From Candidatus Heimdallarchaeota archaeon (GTDB lineage: Archaea; Asgardarchaeota; Heimdallarchaeia; Hodarchaeales; Hodarchaeaceae), in the NCBI GenBank assembly GCA_011364965.1, contig RDOB01000009.1, forward strand, positions 1-62,967: a stretch of DNA of 62,967 nt. The letters run 5' to 3'. The notes under the pieces were generated by a model. It did no database searches, was not told the DNA's origin, and saw only the letters and a program-made list of their open reading frames with translations. Numbering within the stretch: the stretch's first letter is position 1; each line of letters begins with the position of its first letter. Shown here piece by piece: positions 20,502-31,546 of the stretch. The position numbers and the translations under genes are program-made.

Positions 20502-21341
20502 ATGGGATTTGCACCGAGAAAAGTCGTAAGAACTGAAGAATTTCAATTGTGGTGGAAACAATTCTGCTCTATGACAAGAAAGGAATTTATTATTTTAACT
20601 CGTTACAAATTTCAATTTTTTCTAAGCTTTATCCAAGTTTTTCTTATTATGTTCCTTTTTACAGCAGCAGCATTAATTTTAAGCCCAGCTGATAAGACAA
20701 GTTATGGTTTAGGACTTATGTATTATTCTTTTATTCTCTTCATGTTTCTCTCAACCGCATTGTGGGATATTGGAAATTCATTAAGAGAAGAACAATATCA
20801 GGGAACCTTGGAAAGTCTGTTTCTATCACCTATTTCCTATATTTCGACCCTAATTTCTAGAATAATTACAAATCTCATCTGGACTAGCTTAAATGTTATT
20901 GTTACGTTTTTTGTCATGTCTTTTGTGTTTGGTGAATTACCAATAAAGAATGTGACATGGGGAATCTTAATTCTAATCCTTGGAACAATCGTATGCTTTG
21001 GATTCTCGTTTGGATTTGCCGGATTAGCTTTACGTTATAAGGAGTCTATGAACACTTTAACAAATTTCCTACAATTAATTTTCATGATCGTATGTGCCAT
21101 GTTTTTTCCCTTTTCAGCCTTACCAGAAGTAATCCAGTGGATCTCACGTTTGATTCCTCTCTCCTATTGTGTAGATTTATTTCGTACAACGATGATTGGT
21201 GTCACACCAGAACTTCTACCCTTTGAAATTGAAGTAATTATTGTTGCGGTATCTGCAGTATTATTTCCGGTTATAGGGGTATATTATTTTCGTCGAACTG
21301 TCCAACAAGCTAAAAAAGATGGAAATTTGTCTGAATATTAG
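20502..21341 (+). CDS. ABC-2 type permease
   Basis: About 6 TM helices; EEQYQGTLESLF motif. Confidence 0.9.
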   Translation: MGFAPRKVVRTEEFQLWWKQFCSMTRKEFIILTRYKFQFFLSFIQVFLIMFLFTAAALILSPADKTSYGLGLMYYSFILFMFLSTALWDIGNSLREEQYQGTLESLFLSPISYISTLISRIITNLIWTSLNVIVTFFVMSFVFGELPIKNVTWGILILILGTIVCFGFSFGFAGLALRYKESMNTLTNFLQLIFMIVCAMFFPFSALPEVIQWISRLIPLSYCVDLFRTTMIGVTPELLPFEIEVIIVAVSAVLFPVIGVYYFRRTVQQAKKDGNLSEY

Positions 21342-22356
21342 TAAAGAAATGGATTGTACAAAGATAATGCTTATGAATAACTTCAGAATACGAAAATGGG
21401 ATCCAAAGACGGATTTAGAGTATTTTATCCAACAAGAATTTATTGCTATCCAAGAAATGGGATTTTTAAGAATAACCTCGTCGGAGGATGACGCTTTTCA
21501 AAAACATAAGGCTGATATCCAAAGTTTGTTAAAACAAAAGGAAAAATTTTTTGTTTTTTTTATTGAAACTAGTGATGATAACCGCTGTGGCTATATCTGG
21601 CTCGCAGACAGGGGAGGAGGAGAACCTTGGGATTTTGATACAAACACTTGTTGGATTTATGATATCCGCGTCAAACCAGAGTACCAGCGTAAAGGTTTGG
21701 GAAAGATGCTTTTAGAAAAAGCTATTCAATGGGCAAGAGCGGAGGGATTCTCTAAAATTGGTTTACACGTTTTCAGTTCAAATTCAAAGGCCTATAACCT
21801 CTATTGCAAGGTTGGTTTTAATGTCAGCCATTGCTATCACCAAAAATTTATTCAAACAGAAAAATTCAGTAATAATGAACAAGAAGGGGATTTTAGTCCC
21901 TTTACTATTCGTTCAGCAACCTTTCCAAAAGATAAAGAGGTTGTACGGGAGCTTATAAAAGACAATTTTACTAAAATAGTACTAGAGAGAAATAATAACA
22001 TTGCTATAAAAAATATTAATGAAAGATACAACTGCTATATGGACAAAATTGACTTATCTAAAGAAAAACATCAAATTTTCATTGTAGAGAATCAGGAAGA
22101 AGAAATAAAAGGTTATGTTTGGGGATATCGGTCAAAAGGAGACATAGGAGAAAAGGAATATCTATGGTTGCAAGATATAGCAGTCGAAAATGAGTCACTA
22201 GAGACTCTTTTGATCCAAAAAATCGAAAATTGGGCTATTAAGCAAAACTTGGATACCATCCGAACAGGCGTTCGCACCTCAAAACAAAAATTCTGGTTCA
22301 AACTCAGCAGTCTGGGTTTTCATGTAAGTAATTATTTCATGGAAATTAACTTGTGA
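21319..22356 (+). CDS. Tandem GNAT acetyltransferase
   Basis: VKPEYQRKGLGK acetyl-CoA motif, then a second degenerate GNAT repeat. True start may be slightly downstream. Confidence 0.85.
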   Translation: MEICLNISKEMDCTKIMLMNNFRIRKWDPKTDLEYFIQQEFIAIQEMGFLRITSSEDDAFQKHKADIQSLLKQKEKFFVFFIETSDDNRCGYIWLADRGGGEPWDFDTNTCWIYDIRVKPEYQRKGLGKMLLEKAIQWARAEGFSKIGLHVFSSNSKAYNLYCKVGFNVSHCYHQKFIQTEKFSNNEQEGDFSPFTIRSATFPKDKEVVRELIKDNFTKIVLERNNNIAIKNINERYNCYMDKIDLSKEKHQIFIVENQEEEIKGYVWGYRSKGDIGEKEYLWLQDIAVENESLETLLIQKIENWAIKQNLDTIRTGVRTSKQKFWFKLSSLGFHVSNYFMEINL

Positions 22357-22416
22357 AAAAAAAATTGATTTCAGGGTAATTCATACTATAGACATTTTAA
22401 AAGAGAATTCAGAATC

Positions 22417-23865
22417 TTAAGTTGGCACTAATCGCTTCAACTGACGAATAACACCAAGTCTCAAGTAATACCAATAGGCACGTCGCTTATATTTATTCCG
22501 AGCAAAAATTCCAGAAAAACGACGAATCCAGCTATCATAAACATGACGATAAGCCATATAAAGCTCATACTGGAGCTCTGGGGCAGTTAAATGCTCCATA
22601 TCACAGACAGCATGAATCATATCATAATTTGTCCAATTTTTATCAATAATTCGCCCTTTCTGATCTAATTCTGTAAACATGGGAGTACCTGGATAAGGTG
22701 TTAGAAGCATAGAAATAATAATATCAGGTTTAACCACCTCTGTCGCCCAGTGCATGGTTTTCTGAATTGAGGTATGAGTTTCTTTTTCATGTCCCAGAAC
22801 AATCATCAACTGGGCTAAAATATTATGTTTGCGAAGTAATTTTATTGCTTCAACCGTTTGGTCTCCCCTAATTCCTTTCTGATACATATCTAAAACTTCA
22901 GCAAATGGCGACTCTCCTCCGACTAATTGCCAATAATTACCTGCTCTGTTCATTAGACCAAGGATGTTCTTACATTTAAGAATACTATCAACACGCATCT
23001 GAGCAAACCATTCAATATTATCTCCATTTAATCCTCTTCTAAGGAGTTCATTACATAGCTCTTCTACAAGCTGGGGCGAACCTCCACAGAAATTATCATC
23101 TGTAAACCAAAAAAAGCGACTCCCAAGCTCATTATACATCCATTCCATTTCATCTACAATACGTTTAACCGATTTGGTTGCCCATTGTCGTCGATAAAAC
23201 CCGCTTTGTGAACAAAAAGAACATTGATGAGTACAACCCCGAGACCCTTCTAAAATTATATACGGATTATCAGACATCAGAGCAAAATGATATCGTTCCA
23301 ACGGTACAAAATGGTAAGCTGGGAAAGGTAAAGTCTCTAACTCAGCATTAGTAAGCGGGGGCCGATCAGGAGTGCGAATGAAACCATTCTCAGATATAAA
23401 AGCTATCCCAGAAATTTGTTCTAGTCCTCTTTTTGTTAATCCGTGGCGAGAAAAATGTTTCAATAAATCTACGATTGTTTTATCAGCCTCATATCGCGTT
23501 ATAACATCAATCACAGGAAATTCAGCGAGCGTTGCGTCATCTAAAGCAGTAAAATGTGATCCTCCAGTAAGAGTCATAATATTGGGATTAATCCCTTTGG
23601 CAAGATCCAATGTACGAATTGTAGTAAATACATTACATGTAGCATGACTTCCAGAGCCTACAATGTCTGGTTTTTCCTGTTTAATTCGCTCCTCTAATTT
23701 AATCCAATCTAAATCCTCAGCTTGGCAATCAATTACTTTCAATTCAATACTTGGGAACTCTTTTTCGATAATCGCTGCAAGAAGTAACAGATTATATGGA
23801 GGGGGAAGATAATTACCCATTACAAACCAAAACTTCTTTGGGGGTTCAATAAGCATAATTTTCAT
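22417..23865 (-). CDS. Cobalamin-binding radical SAM protein
   Basis: N-terminal B12-binding domain; SRGCTHQCSFC; TDDNF; TPYPGT. Confidence 0.92.
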   Translation of the reverse strand: MKIMLIEPPKKFWFVMGNYLPPPYNLLLLAAIIEKEFPSIELKVIDCQAEDLDWIKLEERIKQEKPDIVGSGSHATCNVFTTIRTLDLAKGINPNIMTLTGGSHFTALDDATLAEFPVIDVITRYEADKTIVDLLKHFSRHGLTKRGLEQISGIAFISENGFIRTPDRPPLTNAELETLPFPAYHFVPLERYHFALMSDNPYIILEGSRGCTHQCSFCSQSGFYRRQWATKSVKRIVDEMEWMYNELGSRFFWFTDDNFCGGSPQLVEELCNELLRRGLNGDNIEWFAQMRVDSILKCKNILGLMNRAGNYWQLVGGESPFAEVLDMYQKGIRGDQTVEAIKLLRKHNILAQLMIVLGHEKETHTSIQKTMHWATEVVKPDIIISMLLTPYPGTPMFTELDQKGRIIDKNWTNYDMIHAVCDMEHLTAPELQYELYMAYRHVYDSWIRRFSGIFARNKYKRRAYWYYLRLGVIRQLKRLVPT

Positions 23866-23954
23866 ATTTAATCAACAAGTGCTAGATCAAGCCTCAGAGG
23901 ATCCTTAAGTATCAATAAAGGCAGGAATAGTCATTAAATCTAAAAATACAATAT

Positions 23955-24119
23955 TTACTCATTTAGAGTAAAGTAATAATTAAGCCAAGGACAGCTAATC
24001 GGATTAAATTCCGCTCCAACATTGCATTTTTCCAAGTGATCACAGATCAAGCATGGGGTATCCCATGGTGGATTTAATTCTGGATAATTTTCTATTGTAA
24101 GGAGTTCTTCCATAGACAT
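23955..24119 (-). CDS. Stand-alone TFE-beta/RPC34-type four-Cys Fe-S domain mini-protein
   Basis: PCLICDHLEKCNVGAEFNPISCPWL. ATG at 24119 is preceded by GAGGA, giving 54 aa. Confidence 0.7.
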   Translation of the reverse strand: MSMEELLTIENYPELNPPWDTPCLICDHLEKCNVGAEFNPISCPWLNYYFTLNE

Positions 24120-24149
24120 GAGTGTATCCTCGAAAACAGGGATTTTTAT

Positions 24150-25043
24150 GTGCAAAATTATAGGACTTTCAAATGTTTCATTAGTCTTTTGACAATGATA
24201 GAAAAGGAAGAATGGATTTTGGTTCTAGTTGGTGCTTTTATATTACCTCATGGGAGTATGATTTTAAATCCAGAGAAAAAAAATCTACCTCAAGGAGCAA
24301 AAGATCTGCATTATGCCATGCAAAAGGTTAGAAAACTGATTGAGAATTTAAATGCAGAATTATGCGTTCTTATTACCCCACATGGATTTTGCCTTAATGA
24401 AGATTTTGGCCTCTATTTTAATGAAAAAGCTGCAGGAACAGCAGAATGGGAAGGAGAGTACAAAGAATATCAAGTAGAAGTACAATTAAATAGGAAATTA
24501 ACCCAAAAACTCTTCAATGATTTAAAAGAAGAGGGAATACCAGTTTCCACCATAGTTAGTTATACATCGAATGCTGCTTTTCCTCTTCGGTGGGGAGAAG
24601 TTGTACCTCTGTATTTTTTGAAAAAAATATCATTAAACTATATGATAATATCGATTCCTACCCGACGGTATGAACATGGATTAGAGATGATTCCAGAACT
24701 ACAAACCATGGGAAAATTCTTAAAGGATTTCATTGAGAATCTTGAAGAAAGAATTATTGTTATTATTAGTGCTGATCTCGCACATACGCATTCACATGAT
24801 GGACCATACAGTTTTTCCACTACTGCAGCACAATTCGACAATTATATTGAGGAATATATCAAGACTCAAGAAGAAACATTTCTTCTCGAAAAAGCAGGGA
24901 ACATTCTGAATCAAGCTCTTGCTTGTGGATTCGCAGGAATTGTGATTTCACAACAACTTCTATTAAATTCGGGATTACAGGCAAAGATTTTAATTCGAAA
25001 CCATCCTTCTTATTATGGGATGATGATTGTAACTTATATCTAG
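24150..25043 (+). CDS. LigB/MEMO1-like (extradiol dioxygenase class III fold) protein
   Basis: LPHG, ITPH, WGEVVPL, SADLAH, ACG, YYG motifs. True start is probably downstream. Confidence 0.8.
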   Translation: MQNYRTFKCFISLLTMIEKEEWILVLVGAFILPHGSMILNPEKKNLPQGAKDLHYAMQKVRKLIENLNAELCVLITPHGFCLNEDFGLYFNEKAAGTAEWEGEYKEYQVEVQLNRKLTQKLFNDLKEEGIPVSTIVSYTSNAAFPLRWGEVVPLYFLKKISLNYMIISIPTRRYEHGLEMIPELQTMGKFLKDFIENLEERIIVIISADLAHTHSHDGPYSFSTTAAQFDNYIEEYIKTQEETFLLEKAGNILNQALACGFAGIVISQQLLLNSGLQAKILIRNHPSYYGMMIVTYI

Positions 25044-25277
25044 AGGGTTTCTTTAGGGATTATAAGACTATTCCTAGGTTAAATGAGTAATATTTTTGAA
25101 AATAAGGACATTCAAAACCTAGAGGAGCATTTATGAAACTTAGAAGTATTGCTAATAAGACGAAGTTAACTCCAATAGGGATCAGGGTCAGTCAATTTAT
25201 CTGGATCTCCAAGTTATCCAGATCTTGGATTTCTAATCAATCCATTTCATAAAATACCAATTTATCTTAAACTTCTT

Positions 25278-26888
25278 TCATTTGATATTAGGACTCACAA
25301 CATCACTCATAACTGATTTGCGAAGGAGAGTATCTTTTGGAGTATTCCGATGATAAGGGTAATTGACATTATAATGTACCCCACGAGACTCTTTTCGATG
25401 ATATGCAGATTCAATAATCATCTGCGCAACATCAGCAATATTCCGTAACTCGATTAAGTCAGAAGTAATCTTAAAATCCCAATAATATTGATTTATTTCA
25501 TCTTGAAGGAGTCGAATCCGTCGGATCGCCCGACGAAGGCGTTTATCTGATCGAACAATCCCCACATAATTAGACATCAAAAGTCGAACTTCAGCCCAAT
25601 TTTGACTCACAACCACAGATTCATCACTATCGACAGCATCACCCGAATGCCAAAAAGAAAAAGATTCAGCTTTCATTGAATCCTTTTGCAAAAACTCTTG
25701 ACATTTAATTGCAGCAAAATGGGCCATTGCACTGGCTTCCAGCAAGGAATTTGACGCGAGACGATTTGCTCCGTGAAATCCAGTACAAGCTGCCTCACCT
25801 AAGGCTAGAAGTCCCTTGATATCTGTAGTGCCAGATAGGGACGCACGAATCCCACCAATTATATAATGAGCCCCAGGAACAATTGGAATGGGTTGTTTAG
25901 TGATATCAATTCCAAGTGAAAGGCATTTTTCATAGATGCCAGGAAATCGGGAAATGATAAAGTCTGAATTTTTAAAAGAAATATCAAGATATAAATGGTC
26001 TTCACCTGATCGTTTTAATTCAGAATCAATAGCACGCGCAACAATATCTCTAGGCGCTAATTCCATAGCATCATTATACTTTTTCATAAAACGATTTTTT
26101 TCCCCATTTATTAAAATCGCGCCTTCTCCCCGGAGTGCTTCAGAAATAAGAAAAGATTTAGCATACGGATGGTAAAGAAGAGTAGGATGAAACTGAATGA
26201 ATTCCATATTCATTATCGTGGCTCCAGCACGATAAGCCATAGCAATACCATCACCACTTGCTACATCAGGATTACTTGTGTAAAGAAACGCTTTCCCCAC
26301 TCCTCCTGTAGCAATAACTGTAATACGGGCAGAAAAGTTATGAACATTCCCTGTTTTTTTATTTAACGCATAAACTCCCAAACAGCGCCCAGCACGAATT
26401 TTTAGATTAATAGCGACATGATTCTCAAGGATGGAAATATTTGGATTATCATGAACTGCAATTCGCAAAGCACGATGAAGCTCCTTCCCAGTAATGTCCT
26501 CTGCATGAACTACTCTTCTATTCGAATGACCAGCTTCAAGTCCTAAATCATATTCTCCTGAATTTGTCTTAGAAAACTGAACTCCTAGACTAGCAAGATC
26601 ATTGATTAACTTTGGACCTTCTCTAACAATAGATTCGACAATTTTCAGGTGACACAACCCATCTCCAACGGAAAGCGTGTCAGCGATGTGCTGTTTAAAG
26701 GAGTCCTTATCCGATGTGACAGCAGCGACCCCTGCTTGAGCGAGGATCGTAGCACATTCATTAATCTTTGTTTTTGTTAGTATAACAACTTGCGCGGATT
26801 TAGCAACCTTCAGTGCAAAATATAATCCTGCTAGCCCAGAACCGATCACGACAACATCAGAATGGATTTCAATTTCATCAGAATCCAA
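25278..26888 (-). CDS. nadB: L-aspartate oxidase
   Basis: GSGLAG, EAGHS.RR, QFHPT, SEALRGEG, HGANRLASNSL motifs. Confidence 0.95.
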   Translation of the reverse strand: MDSDEIEIHSDVVVIGSGLAGLYFALKVAKSAQVVILTKTKINECATILAQAGVAAVTSDKDSFKQHIADTLSVGDGLCHLKIVESIVREGPKLINDLASLGVQFSKTNSGEYDLGLEAGHSNRRVVHAEDITGKELHRALRIAVHDNPNISILENHVAINLKIRAGRCLGVYALNKKTGNVHNFSARITVIATGGVGKAFLYTSNPDVASGDGIAMAYRAGATIMNMEFIQFHPTLLYHPYAKSFLISEALRGEGAILINGEKNRFMKKYNDAMELAPRDIVARAIDSELKRSGEDHLYLDISFKNSDFIISRFPGIYEKCLSLGIDITKQPIPIVPGAHYIIGGIRASLSGTTDIKGLLALGEAACTGFHGANRLASNSLLEASAMAHFAAIKCQEFLQKDSMKAESFSFWHSGDAVDSDESVVVSQNWAEVRLLMSNYVGIVRSDKRLRRAIRRIRLLQDEINQYYWDFKITSDLIELRNIADVAQMIIESAYHRKESRGVHYNVNYPYHRNTPKDTLLRKSVMSDVVSPNIK

Positions 26889-26936
26889 TTAATACTCTCC
26901 AAAGTATAATTATTGAGATGGCACGGTAATTCTATT

Positions 26937-28457
26937 TCAAGTTTTATGGTTATACCCCTCTCGGAATTTCGGGGAATTTGATATTTTATCAATAGCATTT
27001 CCTACAAACATGATCGAAGTTGTAAGTAATGCCAAACACAGACCAGGAGGAATAATAGCCCACCAAGCTCCAATAACTATTCCTCCTTCAAAATAGGTTT
27101 GAGCACACATAAAACCCCAAGAAAGAATAACGTTTGTATTTCTTTTTTCATACACATTTTCAGCGTTAAAAATTCGAAAACCCAGAAAAGCCAGACCAGC
27201 TTCTAACAAAACCGCATACACAGCAGTAGTAGTTATCTGAACTATTGCTAATCCCAAAAGGCTTGGTAATATGTGATTAAACATAATATATCTATCATTT
27301 CCGCCAGCAGCCTTAGCAGCCTCAACATAAAGCTTCTCACGTTCAACAATTACCTTAGATCTAATTATTCTGGCTGTTAATGGCCATGAGAAAAATGCAA
27401 TAAGGAATGGTATTAAAATGGAGGGAATTCTATATTGTGTGATAAATACAAACAATATTATAAGAGTAGGAAAGATTAAAATGAAATCAACAATACGCAT
27501 GATAATATCATCAATTATTCCTCCTTTATATCCAGCAATTAATCCAGCTATAAAGCCAATTCCAGCAGAAATTATACCTCCAAAAAATGCTGTATAGAGA
27601 GATAGTTGAGCACTCCAGAAAATTTGAGCAAAAATATCTTGTCCATAGTGATTTGTTCCCAACATTCCAAAGGCTGGTCGCGTTATTTGGAGTTCAAGCT
27701 GATCAAACCATACATTTATTGTTCCAGTTAACGTAGGATTATACTCACGAAATTCTACCCCTATTTCCAAGTCAAAAATCATCCCTCGCTGAAAAAGAGA
27801 GTATAATAGAATTAGATTGATATCCCTATCATACAAAGTCCATTCTGCTTCTTTTTGCGGTCTTAAATCTATTTTTGTAAGGAAAGGATTGAGACTAATA
27901 TTAGGAGAATTAAATCGGATATATGGAAAAATGGACCGAAATGTTAGATTTCCAATGATAGAATATTTCATAACACATACGATTGAAGCATTCAGGGGGG
28001 GATTGTACTCCCAGTCAATCCTGCTATATCCACTTGAAAAACCATTAATTGTTTCAGAGGGATTATCATCAATAACAGTAAATTTAATGGAACCAGATCC
28101 TGCAAAATATTCTTCTGAATCAAAGGAGTAATTGATATTTGTAGGTTGGGAACTTTGAAATATCCACCCCTGAGCATTTTCAAAGCCAGAATTAGTAATA
28201 TAATTCCCAGAAGGGGGAATATTTTTATCAAAGATTGTGACCCATCTAGGAGGAGCATAATCAGGACCAATATAAGACTCTTCCCCATAGATGGGTGGTA
28301 AAATTCCAAAGTGAGTTAGGATTGGAGCAGTCAAGGCCATTCCAGTCAAAAGAAGTATCCCACCAAACCCAAACACCCCGCGTTTTTCACTAAAAAACAC
28401 TCCAATGTAGTTTTTCCATTTTTTTCTCCTAGATAAGCGATAAGTAATATCCTTCAA
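26937..28457 (-). CDS. DppC/OppC-type ABC permease with a large extracellular insertion
   Basis: LGTNHYGQD, YVEAAKAAG EAA loop, HILP, WWAIIPPG motifs. Confidence 0.88.
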   Translation of the reverse strand: MKDITYRLSRRKKWKNYIGVFFSEKRGVFGFGGILLLTGMALTAPILTHFGILPPIYGEESYIGPDYAPPRWVTIFDKNIPPSGNYITNSGFENAQGWIFQSSQPTNINYSFDSEEYFAGSGSIKFTVIDDNPSETINGFSSGYSRIDWEYNPPLNASIVCVMKYSIIGNLTFRSIFPYIRFNSPNISLNPFLTKIDLRPQKEAEWTLYDRDINLILLYSLFQRGMIFDLEIGVEFREYNPTLTGTINVWFDQLELQITRPAFGMLGTNHYGQDIFAQIFWSAQLSLYTAFFGGIISAGIGFIAGLIAGYKGGIIDDIIMRIVDFILIFPTLIILFVFITQYRIPSILIPFLIAFFSWPLTARIIRSKVIVEREKLYVEAAKAAGGNDRYIMFNHILPSLLGLAIVQITTTAVYAVLLEAGLAFLGFRIFNAENVYEKRNTNVILSWGFMCAQTYFEGGIVIGAWWAIIPPGLCLALLTTSIMFVGNAIDKISNSPKFREGYNHKT

Positions 28458-28667
28458 AAAAAATCAGCCCTTTAATGATTCTGGATAAAGAAAATTTCTT
28501 AAAACTACATTTATAGAATAAGAAAAAGCTTTTTTGGAACAGGAAAAAGGGACTTAATCTGATTGATAAAATTTTTGGCAAATTATAATGTAACAAGAAA
28601 AATATGATAAGCGAAAAATTGTAGCTATCTACACACTTAATAATGTTAAACCAAAAGTGAAAGCTAT

Positions 28668-29861
28668 ATGCCAAAACGAGTTACATATCCTTTTTCAGCC
28701 ATTGTTGCACAGGATAAATTGAAATTGGCTATCCTGCTTAACGCAATAAACCCTAAAATAGGGGGAGTATTAATTCAGGGACCTAAAGGTTCAGGAAAGA
28801 CAACAATAGTGCGAGGATTAGCAGAAATACTCCCAAACTTAGAAATAGTCAAAGGATGTCCTTTTAATTGTAATCCTCATGACCCCACTAATATGTGTGA
28901 AAACTGTAGTGAAATTAATACTAAAGGGGAGTCTTTTATGGTTGAAGAAAAAGGAATGACCGTTATTAATCTTCCTCTAGGAGCTACTGAAGATAGAGTA
29001 GTTGGAAGTCTCAATGTTGAGAAAGTGATAAAGCTTGGGGTAGGGGCATTGGAACCAGGTATTTTAGCAGAGGCAAATCAGAATATTTTATATGTGGATG
29101 AAATAAATTTATTACCAGATCACATTGCAGATGATTTATTAGATGCAGCAGCATATGGTTGGAATGTAGTTGAACGAGAGGGAATATCAATAAGTCACCC
29201 GTCCCGATTCATATTAATTGGTACAATGAATCCTGAGGAAGGCTATCTTCGACCCCAACTATTAGATCGATTTTCTCTATCTGTTAATGTCCAAAATATT
29301 ACTACAGTAGAGGATAGAATGGAGATTGTGAGGAGAAACTCGGCTTTTGAGGCCAATCCAAAGGAATTTATGACGAAATTTGCGATTTTACAAGAGGAAC
29401 TAAGAACAAGAATAATTCAAGCTCGAAAGATGTTTTCACAAGTCAATATGTCTGAAAAACTCCTAGAAGCAATATGTAAAGCTTGTCTAGATTTAAAGGT
29501 GGATGGTATGAGACCTGATCTAATCATCAGTAAAACTGCTAAAACACTTGCTGCGTTTGAAAATAGAGACTGGGTGACATCTGATGATGTAGTTCTGGCT
29601 TCTGAACTTGTTTTGAACCATAGAACACGAGAAGGAGGATTTCTTGACCCCGCCACTTCTGAAGAAATAAAAAGAATTTTAGGTGCAAAAATTAAAGACG
29701 TAAAATATATTGAAAAAATCAAATCATCAGAAAGTGAAGATCAAAAACCACGCGGAAACGCGAAAGGCCGTACTATGATTTATGCTTCTCAAGAGGCACA
29801 TGATAAAGAAGAAGAAAAAGTGAAAAAAAAAAGGTCAGAGCAAGATTCTTTAGATTCTTAA
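28668..29861 (+). CDS. Mg/Co chelatase AAA+ subunit (ChlI-like); zero-frame product of a frameshifted chlD
   Basis: [38 protein letters not shown] motifs. Confidence 0.92.
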   Translation: MPKRVTYPFSAIVAQDKLKLAILLNAINPKIGGVLIQGPKGSGKTTIVRGLAEILPNLEIVKGCPFNCNPHDPTNMCENCSEINTKGESFMVEEKGMTVINLPLGATEDRVVGSLNVEKVIKLGVGALEPGILAEANQNILYVDEINLLPDHIADDLLDAAAYGWNVVEREGISISHPSRFILIGTMNPEEGYLRPQLLDRFSLSVNVQNITTVEDRMEIVRRNSAFEANPKEFMTKFAILQEELRTRIIQARKMFSQVNMSEKLLEAICKACLDLKVDGMRPDLIISKTAKTLAAFENRDWVTSDDVVLASELVLNHRTREGGFLDPATSEEIKRILGAKIKDVKYIEKIKSSESEDQKPRGNAKGRTMIYASQEAHDKEEEKVKKKRSEQDSLDS

Positions 29862-31024
29862 GTCGGATAAGTCCTGTTTTCGGACTAGGAAAAAAAGCTA
29901 AAATTGCACCTGAGAATACACCTGTAACTGATGGGGTTTCATTTGGTTCAAATAATTTGAAAGGAGAAGTAGAAGAAGAACTGGGTGTGGGTGCAACAAA
30001 AGGAATTCCTACAATTGAATTAGCGTTGCAAACTCCTAGAATGACAAAGGGAGAGGGATTTATTTCTCGACTCAAATCAAGTATCTTATCCCCTTTTCAG
30101 CTTACTTTTAAAATAAAACCAACTAGATTGCAAACTAGTAGTGTTTCTGGTAAACGAGTGGAAGCTATAACTACCCTTCACCGAGGTCGCCCTCTGGGAT
30201 GGAAAATTCCTAAAGGAAAACCGAAAGATATTCACTTACCAGCCACAATTAGAATTGCAGCAGCAAAACAGAAATTTAGAACTATTCCAATTGAAAAAGC
30301 TCTCGAAATTTCACTTGAAGATGTTCGAGAGAAATTAAGACTCTATAAAGCTCCAATGACAATGGTTCTTGTGCTTGATTTAAGTGGTTCTATGATGTTT
30401 AGCGTCGATGCAGCAAAAGAAGCCCTTTTAAAGCTTCATAGAGATGCTTATCGTTATAGAGACAAGATTGGAATAGTTGCTCTCAAAGAAACACAAGCTG
30501 AAGTTGTTCAACATCCAATTGCCAATTTAGGAGTAGTGGCGAACAGATTGATGAGTCTTAAGATTAGCGGATTCACACCACTCGCAAGTGGCATGCTGAA
30601 GGCTTTGGAAGTGTTGAAAACTGCTAAACAACGAGACCGAAACGCTATTCCAGTAATGGTAATAATAACAGATGGAAACGCTAACGTTCCGCTCTATAAA
30701 AGTTTGGAAACAGGCGAAATTAGGAATTTTGATGAAGTAAGTATAGCAGTTAGATTTTTTGAAGACTTAGCGGTAAAGGATACAATAATAGTTTCCAGAT
30801 TAATAAAAAAAGCCAAGATTCATACAATTGTAGTTAATACCAATCAATATATACGTGGGAAGGAAGCATATGGCTCCATTGTGACGGAATTAATAGCAAA
30901 CATTACAAGAGGTTTCTGTTATCAGGTAGATAGATTGTCAGCTGGACCAGAATTATATGAAGATATATTCACAGGTGTATCTGATGGCCAAAACAGAATA
31001 ACACAAATGATATTTTCAAAATGA
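29822..31024 (+). CDS. chlD: vWA-domain half of the ChlD-like chelatase subunit (-1 frame, open from 29807)
   Basis: [30 protein letters not shown] motifs. The frame is open back across the A10 run at 29823-29832. Confidence 0.85.
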   Translation, partial: EKKKVRARFFRFLSRISPVFGLGKKAKIAPENTPVTDGVSFGSNNLKGEVEEELGVGATKGIPTIELALQTPRMTKGEGFISRLKSSILSPFQLTFKIKPTRLQTSSVSGKRVEAITTLHRGRPLGWKIPKGKPKDIHLPATIRIAAAKQKFRTIPIEKALEISLEDVREKLRLYKAPMTMVLVLDLSGSMMFSVDAAKEALLKLHRDAYRYRDKIGIVALKETQAEVVQHPIANLGVVANRLMSLKISGFTPLASGMLKALEVLKTAKQRDRNAIPVMVIITDGNANVPLYKSLETGEIRNFDEVSIAVRFFEDLAVKDTIIVSRLIKKAKIHTIVVNTNQYIRGKEAYGSIVTELIANITRGFCYQVDRLSAGPELYEDIFTGVSDGQNRITQMIFSK

Positions 31025-31035
31025 GATGAAAAAAG

Positions 31036-31509
31036 ATGATTGCTGCAAACGAGAGTAATGAGAAAAAAGAACAACCCTTAGGTAGAACAAGACTCCAGAA
31101 ATTATTCATTTCAATAGGAATAATATGTTATTTTCTGAGCATTTTCCTATTGCTTAATACTGTCTTTTTAAATCCATATTCATTTGAGTATTTTCTTTCA
31201 ACTATAGGTGCTGGAATAATATTTGGGGGTGCATTATTCTTTGAAGGATATGGTTATTATCTTATTGGCAAGATAGATGAGTCAAGATTGAGTTATTTTG
31301 GGAGTGTTACATTATTTCAAGTTATGCGGATAATTTACCGTATCCCATATGTTTTATTATGTTATAATGCATTTATGATTGTAGGAGAAATCAATCTAGA
31401 ACTAATTTTTCTTTATGTACTTTGTTATCTACCTTTTGTTCTTAGTCGATTAAGTTGGAGATGGATAAAACTACAAAACTGGTTAAAAAATCTCGATCAA
31501 CAATTTTAA
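31036..31509 (+). CDS. Hypothetical 4-TM membrane protein
   Basis: Four hydrophobic segments; starts 11 nt after chlD. Confidence 0.7.
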   Translation: MIAANESNEKKEQPLGRTRLQKLFISIGIICYFLSIFLLLNTVFLNPYSFEYFLSTIGAGIIFGGALFFEGYGYYLIGKIDESRLSYFGSVTLFQVMRIIYRIPYVLLCYNAFMIVGEINLELIFLYVLCYLPFVLSRLSWRWIKLQNWLKNLDQQF

Positions 31510-31546
31510 ACACGTTGGACAATAAGAGGAAAAACTAAGGATTCTG

